The notes under the pieces were generated by a model. The model was not told the origin of the DNA. It did not search any database and was given only the letters and a program-made list of their open reading frames with translations. A DNA stretch of 64,000 nt from Candidatus Latescibacterota bacterium (GTDB lineage Bacteria > Latescibacterota > UBA2968 > UBA8231), in the NCBI GenBank assembly GCA_965208105.1, contig OZ242318.1, positions 512,001 to 576,000 of the forward strand. Direction: 5' to 3'. Position 1 is the stretch's first letter; each line of letters opens with the position of its first letter. Made by a program: the position numbers and the translations under genes. Below, in pieces: positions 8,590-17,531 of the stretch.

Positions 8590-10584
8590 ATGAAAAACAT
8601 GAACATTAATAATGTATGCCTCTTCCTCGTGGGTATAATAGTATGGCCAACCTGTGGGACGGCAAGTTGGCACCTGAAGGCGTCCGGATATGAAGTTTCC
8701 AAGGTAAGGTATTCGATTTTCGGCGAAGGGTTGAAACAACACCGAGGATACTACTTTCCCGAATACCTGCCCGCAGACCGCGCGTTACATGTCGGATTCA
8801 AGCCCATCCGCTTCCAGAAATTTTCCGCCCTGGCCGAAGCTCTCGGCGCGAAAAGCGAAAAAATCCACGCTTGGAAAACCGAATTTGAGTCTCCTGTCAG
8901 GTGCTTGGACCAGATCACCTTCTTGTATCGCCGCATATATGCCAGGAACGTCAGTGAATACACAATTTATCTCCAATCCCCTCAGACTGAACAGTGGTAC
9001 AGAAAAAGGATAATAATCCCTTTTAAGGGGTACCAGATCCCTTCATACGACGCGATTTCGCAATGGGAACCGTTGGTAGACGACGGCTCCGAAGAGGTAT
9101 CCCAGTTTTTGAGCGAGGTTAACCATTTCGATAAAATTGGCCAATTGGCGATCGTGGTTACTCCCTCGGATACGGACTTCGATTTTGTCATCGGAGACTT
9201 GCAAATAGTGGACCGGGAAATCGGCTATGCCGATTTCCATCATCCTTTTTTCGACCCGATTTTGAGCGAGGATTCCGCCCAGTACATCGAAAGAGATTCC
9301 TTTTACAATGCCTCAGGTATTCCCGCCCTGCTCCTTCCCATCAGTTGTTATGCCATGCACAGGAATTACGGGTCGGTTTTCCATTTCGACCCAGGGAATC
9401 GGGAAGTGGATGCCGGAGACATCAGGGACCTGAAAGTCAACGTTATCAAGCGAATTTTAGAGCTGTACTCATTCTATGAAGAACGCGGATTGGATAGGAA
9501 AAGCGCCCTGAACAGGTTTGCCTTCATCGAGAATTACGGGCTGGACAGAGAAGCTTTCGAGGACAGCGTCCGCGCTTTATTGGCAGATTTTCATGATGCC
9601 CATCTATCCGTAGCAAACAACGCCCATCTATCCATAGCAAACAAGAAGAACAGATGCGCTTTCAATCATCCATTGGCGCTGTACAATATCGGCGGCAAAG
9701 TCTACGTGGCGGCGGTGTTCGACTCCCTACTCGCGGACGATATAGAAGTGGGTATGAAGGTGCTCAAATTTGATGGAGTACCTGTGATTGAAGCGATAGA
9801 CAGGGAAAGCGAGCATTACCGGGGCAGCAGCAAAATAAGAAGAAGGAAAGCGACGAGAAACCTGCTCGCATGCAGGCGAGACGAAAGGGCAACATTGAAA
9901 CTTGCATCTGTTGATGGGGCAGTTAAAGACGTCCTGATTGAAGACAGGAAAGTGCGGATTCCGTCGAATCTCGTGCCGCGACACGGAGAATTCAGGGTAG
10001 AAAGTGGGATAGTGTATTTTCGTATCCGCCAATGGACCTATGACGTGTGGATCCGGTTTTTGAACCATGCGGATGAACTCGAAAGCGCGAAGGGCCTGAT
10101 CATCGATTTGAGGTCCAACGGTGGAGGTGACGGCGGCACGGTGCTAAGGATGGTATCGGCGTTCATAGACGAGAACGCGCTATGTGGGAGCGAGTACTGT
10201 CCCGCCGACGGCAGAATCGAGAGCATGGTGATAAGACCCAACGACAAATTCCATTTCGATCTGCCCGTCGTCATCCTGGCCAATGAGGCGACTGCCTGCG
10301 CAAGCGAGAACTTCATCGATATAATGAGATCTACCAATCGGGCCATCATGGTGGCGGATAGTCACACACAGGGCCTTTTTTCGTCCAGGATCGACTTGAT
10401 ATTCCCGGACGGGATGAGGATTCATACCAATAGCTTATCCAAACCGTTGAGACCCGATGGTTCTTCATACGAGGTAAAGGGGCTCGAGCCAGACATCTGG
10501 GTACACTTGAACACAATTGATGATCTGGCACATCGGGAAGACAAGATACTGCGAACCGCAAATCATCTGCTGGAAGCGCAGTAG
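8590..10584 (+). CDS. S41-family (C-terminal processing/tricorn-like) peptidase with PDZ-like domain; nucleophile position appears to be Cys
   Basis: Hydrophobic N-terminus, ADFHDAH, PDZ-like IEVGMKVLKFDGVPV, GLIIDLRSNGGG, VILANEATACASENF, YEVKGLEPDIWV; RBS GGAGGAG; AT-richer than flanks. Confidence 0.85.
   Translation: MKNMNINNVCLFLVGIIVWPTCGTASWHLKASGYEVSKVRYSIFGEGLKQHRGYYFPEYLPADRALHVGFKPIRFQKFSALAEALGAKSEKIHAWKTEFESPVRCLDQITFLYRRIYARNVSEYTIYLQSPQTEQWYRKRIIIPFKGYQIPSYDAISQWEPLVDDGSEEVSQFLSEVNHFDKIGQLAIVVTPSDTDFDFVIGDLQIVDREIGYADFHHPFFDPILSEDSAQYIERDSFYNASGIPALLLPISCYAMHRNYGSVFHFDPGNREVDAGDIRDLKVNVIKRILELYSFYEERGLDRKSALNRFAFIENYGLDREAFEDSVRALLADFHDAHLSVANNAHLSIANKKNRCAFNHPLALYNIGGKVYVAAVFDSLLADDIEVGMKVLKFDGVPVIEAIDRESEHYRGSSKIRRRKATRNLLACRRDERATLKLASVDGAVKDVLIEDRKVRIPSNLVPRHGEFRVESGIVYFRIRQWTYDVWIRFLNHADELESAKGLIIDLRSNGGGDGGTVLRMVSAFIDENALCGSEYCPADGRIESMVIRPNDKFHFDLPVVILANEATACASENFIDIMRSTNRAIMVADSHTQGLFSSRIDLIFPDGMRIHTNSLSKPLRPDGSSYEVKGLEPDIWVHLNTIDDLAHREDKILRTANHLLEAQ
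9598..9645 (+). repeat. 24-bp in-frame tandem duplication in the S41 gene
   Basis: gcccatctatccgtagcaaacaac / gcccatctatccatagcaaacaag (AHLSVANN / AHLSIANK). Confidence 0.85.
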
Positions 10585-10597
10585 AATCCATAGGCTT

Positions 10598-10900
10598 TGG
10601 AAGGCGACAAACTGTAAGAAAGGAGAACATGCCATGAAAGAGCTCATTAAGCCCAACTTGACTGAGGAAGAGTGCGAGAATAACGAGGTCGCGGCATATT
10701 GCGACCTTTATTCCTGCGCGCCCGTGAGTTGCAACCTTTGGTCGTGTCAACCCGTTTCGGGTGATGACGAGTCCGGGGACATTCTGTTCTAATTGCCAAT
10801 TGTTCAGCGGAGGCCATAACAGCGAAGGACCATTCGCCTGGAACACGTCTCTTGACCGTTTGACCCCATAACTACTTTTCGATCAGTTTGTCGCCTTCCA
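10598..10900. repeat. Perfect 17-bp inverted repeat enclosing the precursor gene
   Basis: TGGAAGGCGACAAACTG (10598-10614) is the exact reverse complement of CAGTTTGTCGCCTTCCA (10884-10900). Confidence 0.92.
10634..10792 (+). CDS. Putative RiPP precursor peptide (52 aa, Cys-rich, repeated core, acidic C-terminal follower)
   Basis: RBS AAGGAG then MKELIKPNLTEEECENNEVAAYCDLYSCAPVSCNLWSCQPVSGDDESGDILF; directly upstream of the rSAM/SPASM gene. Confidence 0.85.
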   Translation: MKELIKPNLTEEECENNEVAAYCDLYSCAPVSCNLWSCQPVSGDDESGDILF

Positions 10901-10978
10901 CGTCTTTCAGAAGCCGTCTTAGACCCTCGGTGAGGATCACTAGGAACTTTAAGGAGGCTTCTTAAAAAGGAAAATGAG

Positions 10979-12460
10979 ATGTTTAAGTTGAGCTATTATA
11001 CCTTCATCATCCCCGTAACCGAGAAGGGGATGTACCTCGCCTATAATTCATTTACCAATGCATTGCTGGAATTGGAGTGGCATGAAGGCAAGAAGATGCT
11101 GGAGTGGAAAAAGAAGGATGCCATTCCCTCTTCGGAACTCGACAGCGAAGAAAAGCGCTTTGTAAACGCTTTGCTCAACAATCACTTTCTGGTAGACGAG
11201 GGGGTTGATGAGAAAGAGCGCTTGCATCGCCGCATTTCTACCCAGAAAGAAAGGTTCTGGAGAGAACCAGCGACCATGGCGCTCACCATATTGCCGACTA
11301 TCTCGTGCAATATGGGTTGTTCCTATTGTTTTGAGGGATACAAGCCGTTCGGCAAGGTTATGAACAATGAGGTCATGGACGATATAGCCGAATTCGTGGT
11401 AAGAGAAATCAAGCAAAGCACTGTCGTCAGTTCCTTCAAAAAAATGTTCATCCAGTGGTACGGGGGGGAGCCCCTGCTGCAACCACATGTCGTCGATAGA
11501 CTTTCGGAAAAATTGTACCGAATCGCCGACGACAACCAAATCCCCTATACTTCGATGATCATTACGAACGGAACCTATCTAACGCCCGCTATATGGGATC
11601 TGTTAAAGGAAGCGAGAATTGACCGGATACAAGTGACCATTGATGGCCACAAGGACTCCCACAACAGGCAACGCCCCCTCACCTTGCCGATCATCGGCCA
11701 GGAAATAGAGGCGGGTAGCTATGACACCATACTGGAAAACCTGAAGTATTTTCCGGACAAGATGGCTCTTAATATCCGGATAAATTCGGATAAGAATATA
11801 ATCAATTCCCTGGGCGACCTCCTGGACGACCTGGAGGAAATTGGCCTGTGGCCTCAGCAGGCTAGCCATGTGAGCCTGACCCTCGCCCATAAGGAAACTC
11901 CTTATGAAGAGTCGGGAGTAGTAGACATCGAGTCTCAGTACTTGAGCCTCAAGCAGCAAACCAAGGCGCAGAAGATATTCCAGGACATGAAGCTCAATCA
12001 CTACAACAATTGGGCCTCCAAAAATAACAGGGTTTTGGCCAGGAAGCGTCTGGCCTACCCTGAACCGGCAACTTTTGTATGTGGGACTGCCTCGCTGCCT
12101 TACAGTTTTTCCATAAGTTACGACGGGCATATTCACCAGTGCATGGAGCAAGTCAACGATCCTAAAGCTAAGTCACATTACATTGGCGATACCTACAATA
12201 TCCACGATCCCCTGCGGAAAATTTTCCTGAACTGGGATAAATTCCTTCACCATCCAATGTGCACTGATTGCAGGGTACTGCCCATATGCGACATGGTTTG
12301 TCCTCACAAGGACCCGCCCGAAGCGTGCTGTGATTGGAAGGTAGACCTCAAATCGCGGTTGAAGGAGCAGTATATCGCGTCCATTGATACGCCCCACCTA
12401 ATTGAGTCTTTCGACGCAGTAGAACAACAGCGGCAGAAAGATTTCACCCTCGTGATATAG
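10979..12460 (+). CDS. Radical SAM/SPASM peptide maturase with N-terminal RRE-like region
   Basis: CNMGCSYC, WYGGEPLL, IITNGT, QVTIDG, SPASM cysteines FVCG...DGHIHQC...CTDCRVLPICDMVC...CC. Confidence 0.93.
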   Translation: MFKLSYYTFIIPVTEKGMYLAYNSFTNALLELEWHEGKKMLEWKKKDAIPSSELDSEEKRFVNALLNNHFLVDEGVDEKERLHRRISTQKERFWREPATMALTILPTISCNMGCSYCFEGYKPFGKVMNNEVMDDIAEFVVREIKQSTVVSSFKKMFIQWYGGEPLLQPHVVDRLSEKLYRIADDNQIPYTSMIITNGTYLTPAIWDLLKEARIDRIQVTIDGHKDSHNRQRPLTLPIIGQEIEAGSYDTILENLKYFPDKMALNIRINSDKNIINSLGDLLDDLEEIGLWPQQASHVSLTLAHKETPYEESGVVDIESQYLSLKQQTKAQKIFQDMKLNHYNNWASKNNRVLARKRLAYPEPATFVCGTASLPYSFSISYDGHIHQCMEQVNDPKAKSHYIGDTYNIHDPLRKIFLNWDKFLHHPMCTDCRVLPICDMVCPHKDPPEACCDWKVDLKSRLKEQYIASIDTPHLIESFDAVEQQRQKDFTLVI

Positions 12461-12474
12461 GGCCCCTAATACCC

Positions 12475-14370
12475 ATGCGAATAGCAATCATAGACAGCGG
12501 AATAGATGCGGGACACAAGCGTCTCAAGAATTGCGTGTGCAGCGGCGTTTCGCTGCGGTGCGGCGAAGAAAAACCCACCCTTAGCTACGAATACGGCGAC
12601 TGCCTGGGCCACGGGACCGCCTGTGCGAGCCTCGTGCACAAGGTGGACCCGCAGGCGGAAATAGTGGCGGTGAAGATATTTCACCGCGAGCTATCCGCCA
12701 AAGAGGAGCTACTTTGTGAAGGTATCAGATGGTGTTTGGGCAACGACATCGACGTCATCAACCTGTCCCTCGGAATCCTGACGGATAGCCCCTCGCAAGC
12801 GCTGATCGGCCTGCTCGAAGAGGCCTTTGTGAAAAACGTCGTCGTCGTCTCGGCGGCGCACAACGACTTGAGGCTGGAATGCTACCCGGCGCATTTCCAC
12901 ACCGTGTTCGGCGTGACCTGGGGAAAGGTGGACCATCACTGCTTGTATGGTTATCTGCCCGACTCGGCCATCGAATTCATCGCCAAGGGGACGATACAGC
13001 GGGTCGCATGGAAAGACGGGGGCTATTCCCTATTGAGCGGAACGAGTATGGCCTGTGCCCATTTCACCGGCATCACCGCGGGCGTACTAAGGCAGAGCCC
13101 CTCTATGTCGGTCGGGGAACTCAGGAGCCACCTTATCGGGAAGGCGGACGCGAATATTCGGGCGCTGCAACCTGGCAGCAAAATTCAGGGAGCCTTCCCG
13201 AGGATCATCAGCGGCGATCTGGACGAGGCGGGACGGAGGCTGTTCCGCTGGGAGGAAAAGATGGATTGGCTGGGGGACCTGGCCCTTTTTCCCGCCAGCG
13301 AAAAGGAGATGAGCGGCTTTGTCGAATTTCCCGGCTATTGTACGCAAAAGATAGCGAAGTACATTGACTACCCAAGAAACATGAAGAGGCAGGCCCCAAA
13401 CGGCAGCGGCAAAAGCGATGCTATCAAAACATACGACAAGATGCTGGACGCGGCGGCTTGCGAAGACTTCGACACGATGGTTCTGGGATATTTTTTTGAT
13501 CAACTCTTTGAGGCGAATATCCGCTTCGGCAACGACTTGCTGGCCGTGTGCATGGAGGCCCAAAAGAACCTCTACGTGTACGACCCCAGGTTGAAAGCTC
13601 ATATCGATAGCCTGAACGGAAGTGCCAAGCCTTTGTTTCGGCTGTATATGCCGGAGGTCAATGGCCGGTTGCACGACCGTGTCATGCAGTTTCGCCATCT
13701 GCCCAGGGTACGGGTGCCCGTCATGGCAGTGATGGGCACGAGCAACCGCCAGGGGAAGTTCACCGCGCAACTCCGGCTCAAAGACATCCTCAACAGAGAG
13801 GAATACAAAGTCTGCCACCTATCCACTGAGCCCCAGGGTGAGTTGTTCGGGGCGGATTTCAGTTTTCCCTATGGCTATAACGGGACAGTTTCCATCCACC
13901 GCAAAAAGTGGTCGATGTTCCTCCGCACCCTGCTCAAAGCCGTCCAGGAATACAACAGACCCCATATCATCCTGACCGGGACACAAGGCATGACGATTCC
14001 CCGGGCACCCAACCAAGCCCCGCTGGGAAATGAATGCGACAGCCTGGAATTCATGTACGGTGTCCATCCTGATGCTTTAGTTTGCGCCATAAATCCCCAG
14101 GATTCCATCGAACTGGTCGTCGACGCGTGCCAGGCGGCCCGGATATTCTGCGGGGCGGAACCCTTGTTTTTCATCATGACTCCCTGGATGAGAGACTACA
14201 CGCGCGCCGGCAACGGCCGCATGGTACGCCATCACCGATACCTGCATAAGGAAGAGATGGCGGAGAAAATGAACCATTTCCAGGAGGTATTGCACAAGCC
14301 GGTCATCGATATCATGGATTTGAACAATGACAAGCTAATCTTGGACGCCATCCAGGATTTCTTTTCGTGA
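12475..14370 (+). CDS. S8 subtilase fused to TIGR04066/DUF1611-like P-loop domain (peptide maturation protein)
   Basis: Triad motifs IAIIDSGID, GHGTACA, SGTSMA and oxyanion AAHN; no signal or propeptide; C-terminal VMAVMGTSNRQGKFTAQL...STEPQGELFG. Confidence 0.8.
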   Translation: MRIAIIDSGIDAGHKRLKNCVCSGVSLRCGEEKPTLSYEYGDCLGHGTACASLVHKVDPQAEIVAVKIFHRELSAKEELLCEGIRWCLGNDIDVINLSLGILTDSPSQALIGLLEEAFVKNVVVVSAAHNDLRLECYPAHFHTVFGVTWGKVDHHCLYGYLPDSAIEFIAKGTIQRVAWKDGGYSLLSGTSMACAHFTGITAGVLRQSPSMSVGELRSHLIGKADANIRALQPGSKIQGAFPRIISGDLDEAGRRLFRWEEKMDWLGDLALFPASEKEMSGFVEFPGYCTQKIAKYIDYPRNMKRQAPNGSGKSDAIKTYDKMLDAAACEDFDTMVLGYFFDQLFEANIRFGNDLLAVCMEAQKNLYVYDPRLKAHIDSLNGSAKPLFRLYMPEVNGRLHDRVMQFRHLPRVRVPVMAVMGTSNRQGKFTAQLRLKDILNREEYKVCHLSTEPQGELFGADFSFPYGYNGTVSIHRKKWSMFLRTLLKAVQEYNRPHIILTGTQGMTIPRAPNQAPLGNECDSLEFMYGVHPDALVCAINPQDSIELVVDACQAARIFCGAEPLFFIMTPWMRDYTRAGNGRMVRHHRYLHKEEMAEKMNHFQEVLHKPVIDIMDLNNDKLILDAIQDFFS

Positions 14371-14390
14371 ACGGGCGTGAGGACGGCACC

Positions 14391-14684
14391 ATGAGAGAAG
14401 CTATCGAGCAGCGATTGTACGAACTGATAGGGACGTTTGGAGACCAACCGATCAACTGCTCTGTTGAGAGCGAAGTGCGAAGGATGCTCCATATCATCTT
14501 GAGCGAGTCCATACAAGCGATGGAATTCGTCATCGCCATTGAGAACGAATTCGAGATCGAGTTCGACGACGAAGACATCTCCATCCAATTCTTCCTCGAC
14601 CCGGATCATATCATCCAATCCGTGCTGAGAGGTCTGGCGCGGAAGGAGGCGGATGGCCTAACATCATCAAGTGCTGTCACCTGA
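14391..14684 (+). CDS. Acyl-carrier-protein-like protein
   Basis: Small and acidic; LSESIQAMEFVIAIENEFEIEFDDEDI matches ACP helix II/III with the Ser retained (ESI for DSL). Confidence 0.8.
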   Translation: MREAIEQRLYELIGTFGDQPINCSVESEVRRMLHIILSESIQAMEFVIAIENEFEIEFDDEDISIQFFLDPDHIIQSVLRGLARKEADGLTSSSAVT

Positions 14685-14695
14685 GGAGGTCTGCC

Positions 14696-16096
14696 ATGTT
14701 CAAGACCATTCTGTTCAAGGAAATCAAGGGCCAATTAGGCACGGTGACATTCGCCGTCTGGATGGGCGTCTCGTGCTTTCTGGTCTGGATGGCCCTGGAG
14801 AGCGGTTATTCGAGATACGAGCACAAGCATCAGCAATACCTCGATATGGACAGGGTGGTCAAAGACGGCCTCAGCAAAGAATACGACGTCAACAAGGCGG
14901 AAGAGGAGCTCTTCCGGGTTTTGCGGCAGCCGTCGGTGTTGAGCGCAGTTGTCTACGGGCTGGAAGGCAAGATGCCGATCTATATGAGTGTCAATCCCAA
15001 CGGCGTACGCTCCGGTTCGGGGTCAGGCACGGAAGAATCCGTATTGAGCCTGTTCGGGGAGCTGGATTTTCTCCTGGTCATCGAGCTGATTCTCGGGCTG
15101 ATGGCCGTGGTGCAGGCGGCCAGTCTGGTGTCTTCGGAGAGGGAAAACGGCACTCTGAAGCTGATATTGGCCAACCCGGTTTCCCGCAGCACCGTCTTGC
15201 TGGGCAAGTGTATGGGCGGATACGCTGTCGTCGCCTTCGTCTTTGTGTTTTCCTCCTTTATCGGGTTTTTGCTTCTCTCGATCAGGGGGTTTCCACTTTT
15301 CGAGTCGGACGTGCTCGCGCCGATACTCCTGATCTTGGCCGGGAGCCTGGTCTATTTGCTGTGCATCTTTCTGGTGGGGATGGTCGGTTCTATCCTGTTC
15401 CTGAACACTCAAACGGCCTTGATATTGAGCGTGTCGATCTGGGCCGCGCTGTCTTTTCTCGTTCCCAAAAGCGCCCGGATCGCGGCCGAGTTGATCCGCC
15501 CGGTAGAGGACGAGCGGACGGTTTACTTGCGTCAGAAGCACGCCCGTGAAGACCTGATCAGGGCCCAGCATGAGGAAATGAGCGAGAATTACCGCCAGGA
15601 GTTGACTCCAGAATGGCTGATGGCCAACTTCGCGACCTTGGCAGAGGAAGGCGCGGCAGTTTGGAAGAAATACAGCGACCGGATCTCCAAAGACCTGACC
15701 ACCATCGCCGAGGACCACCACCGGGAGAAGAAAGCGCAGGAATCTCTGGGTAAGGTGCTGTCCCGGGTATCCCCCGCGGGCAGTTTCCGGCTGCTCTTGG
15801 CGAATTTGTCCGGTACGGGCGACCAGGTGAAGTGGGAATTACTGCAAGTGGCCTGGAACTACCAGAAAACGGTCAATGACAAGGTCTTCGCCAAAAAACC
15901 CTTGATCGCTGTCCAGAATATGAGTTTCCCCCATGATATGGGTACAGAGGATCCGCCGCCCCCACCTCTGGTCATGGCGCCGCCCCTCGGCAGTGTCTTG
16001 ACCGAATCCGCGCTAGACACAGCCTTATTATGCGTCTATGCCGTCATGTTGTTCATGCTGGCCTATATGCTGTTCCTGCGGCGCTCTATCGTGTAA
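14696..16096 (+). CDS. ABC-2-type transporter permease, paralog 1
   Basis: MFKTILFKEIK start, VSSERENGTLKLILANPVSRSTVLLGK motif, multiple TMs, large extracytoplasmic loops; RBS GAGGAGG. Confidence 0.9.
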   Translation: MFKTILFKEIKGQLGTVTFAVWMGVSCFLVWMALESGYSRYEHKHQQYLDMDRVVKDGLSKEYDVNKAEEELFRVLRQPSVLSAVVYGLEGKMPIYMSVNPNGVRSGSGSGTEESVLSLFGELDFLLVIELILGLMAVVQAASLVSSERENGTLKLILANPVSRSTVLLGKCMGGYAVVAFVFVFSSFIGFLLLSIRGFPLFESDVLAPILLILAGSLVYLLCIFLVGMVGSILFLNTQTALILSVSIWAALSFLVPKSARIAAELIRPVEDERTVYLRQKHAREDLIRAQHEEMSENYRQELTPEWLMANFATLAEEGAAVWKKYSDRISKDLTTIAEDHHREKKAQESLGKVLSRVSPAGSFRLLLANLSGTGDQVKWELLQVAWNYQKTVNDKVFAKKPLIAVQNMSFPHDMGTEDPPPPPLVMAPPLGSVLTESALDTALLCVYAVMLFMLAYMLFLRRSIV

Positions 16097-16112
16097 TAGA
16101 GGAGTCATCCCC

Positions 16113-17516
16113 ATGTTCAAGACTATTCTGTTCAAGGAAATCAAGGGCCATTTAGGCACGGTGACATTCGCCGTCTGGATGGGCGTCTCGTGCCTGGTGG
16201 TATGGATGGCTCTGGAGAGCGGCTATTCGAGATACGAGCACAAGCATCAGCAATACCTCGATCAGGAACGAGAGGCGAAAAAAAGCCTCAGTAAAGAATA
16301 CTTTGCGTTCTGGCCGGAAGAGGAAATATTCCGGGTGCTGCGCCAGCCGTCGGTGTTGAGCACCATCGTCTATGGGCTTGAAGGTGAGCTGCCGGTTTAT
16401 CTGAGCGTCAACCCCAACGGCGTCCGGTCCGGTTCGAAGGGGATGGGTGGAGCTATGTCGCGCCTGTTGGGAGAGCTGGATTTTCTCCTGGTCATCGAGA
16501 TGGTGTTCGGGCTGATGGCCGTCGTGCTGGCGGCCACTCTGGTGTCGTCGGAGGGAGAAAACGGGACGCTCAAGCTGATATTGGCCAACCCGGTCTCCCG
16601 CAGCACGGTCTTGTTGGGGAAGGGGCTGGGCGCCTTCGCCATCATCGCCTTTGTCTTTGTGTTTTCCACTTTTATCGGGCTTTTGTTCCTGTCGGTGAAG
16701 GGGTTTCCCCTCCTCGAACGGGAGGTGCTCGCGTCACTGCTCGTGATTGTGGCGGGAAGTCTGGTTTATTTGCTGTGCGTTTTCCTGGTGGGGATGATCT
16801 GCTCCATCCTGTTTTTGAACACCCGGGTGGCCTTGGTGCTGAGCGTCTTGCTGTGGGCGGTGCTGTCTTTTCTGCTGCCCAAAAGCGCCGGGACTGCGGC
16901 GGAGTTGATGCGCCCGGCAGAAGACGGTTGGACCGTTTACTTGCGTCAGAAATCCGCCCGTGAAGCCCATCTCAAGGCCCACCACGAGGAAGTGAACAAG
17001 CATTACCCCCATCTGGGTCCAGCCCCGGACTCGAGGGATCTGGACTACCCAGGGATTACGGAGACTGCCGTAGCGGCTTGGGGGAAGTACAGCGACCGGA
17101 TCGCCAAAGAAGTGACCACCATCGCCGAGGATCACAATCGCAACAAGCAAGCCCAGGAAGCCCTGGGGAAGGTGCTGTCCCGGCTATCCCCCGCAAGCAG
17201 TCTCCGCCTGCTGTTGGCCAATGTGGCCGGCACGGGCGACCAGGTGAAGCGCAACTTCCTGCAAGCGGCCTGGAACTATCAGAATACGGTTGACGACAAA
17301 GTCTTCTCAAAAAGAATCCATATCACTATCAGGAAGAATCAGGGTTGGCCCTGGGACATGGGTGCAGAGCGACCGCCGCCCCTGCCCCCGCTCCTGCCGC
17401 CGTCTCTCGAGAGTGTCTTGGTGGAGTCGGCGTTAGAAATCGCTTTATTGTTCGTCTATTCCGTCTTCCTGTTCATGCTGGCCTATATGCTTTTCATTCG
17501 TCGATCCATCGCGTAG
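16113..17516 (+). CDS. ABC-2-type transporter permease, paralog 2
   Basis: Near-identical N-terminus and motifs to paralog 1; start at 16113 after AGGAG. Confidence 0.9.
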   Translation: MFKTILFKEIKGHLGTVTFAVWMGVSCLVVWMALESGYSRYEHKHQQYLDQEREAKKSLSKEYFAFWPEEEIFRVLRQPSVLSTIVYGLEGELPVYLSVNPNGVRSGSKGMGGAMSRLLGELDFLLVIEMVFGLMAVVLAATLVSSEGENGTLKLILANPVSRSTVLLGKGLGAFAIIAFVFVFSTFIGLLFLSVKGFPLLEREVLASLLVIVAGSLVYLLCVFLVGMICSILFLNTRVALVLSVLLWAVLSFLLPKSAGTAAELMRPAEDGWTVYLRQKSAREAHLKAHHEEVNKHYPHLGPAPDSRDLDYPGITETAVAAWGKYSDRIAKEVTTIAEDHNRNKQAQEALGKVLSRLSPASSLRLLLANVAGTGDQVKRNFLQAAWNYQNTVDDKVFSKRIHITIRKNQGWPWDMGAERPPPLPPLLPPSLESVLVESALEIALLFVYSVFLFMLAYMLFIRRSIA

Positions 17517-17531
17517 TAATGGAGTCTTATC

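Noticed and set aside
10517-10633. 91-aa version of the precursor ORF
   Set aside because: Overlaps the S41 3' end; the RBS supports ATG 10634
10598-10900. Inverted repeats interpreted as IS/MITE ends
   Set aside because: No target-site duplication, no transposase, and no second copy in the window; kept only as an alternative to the RNA-stem hypothesis
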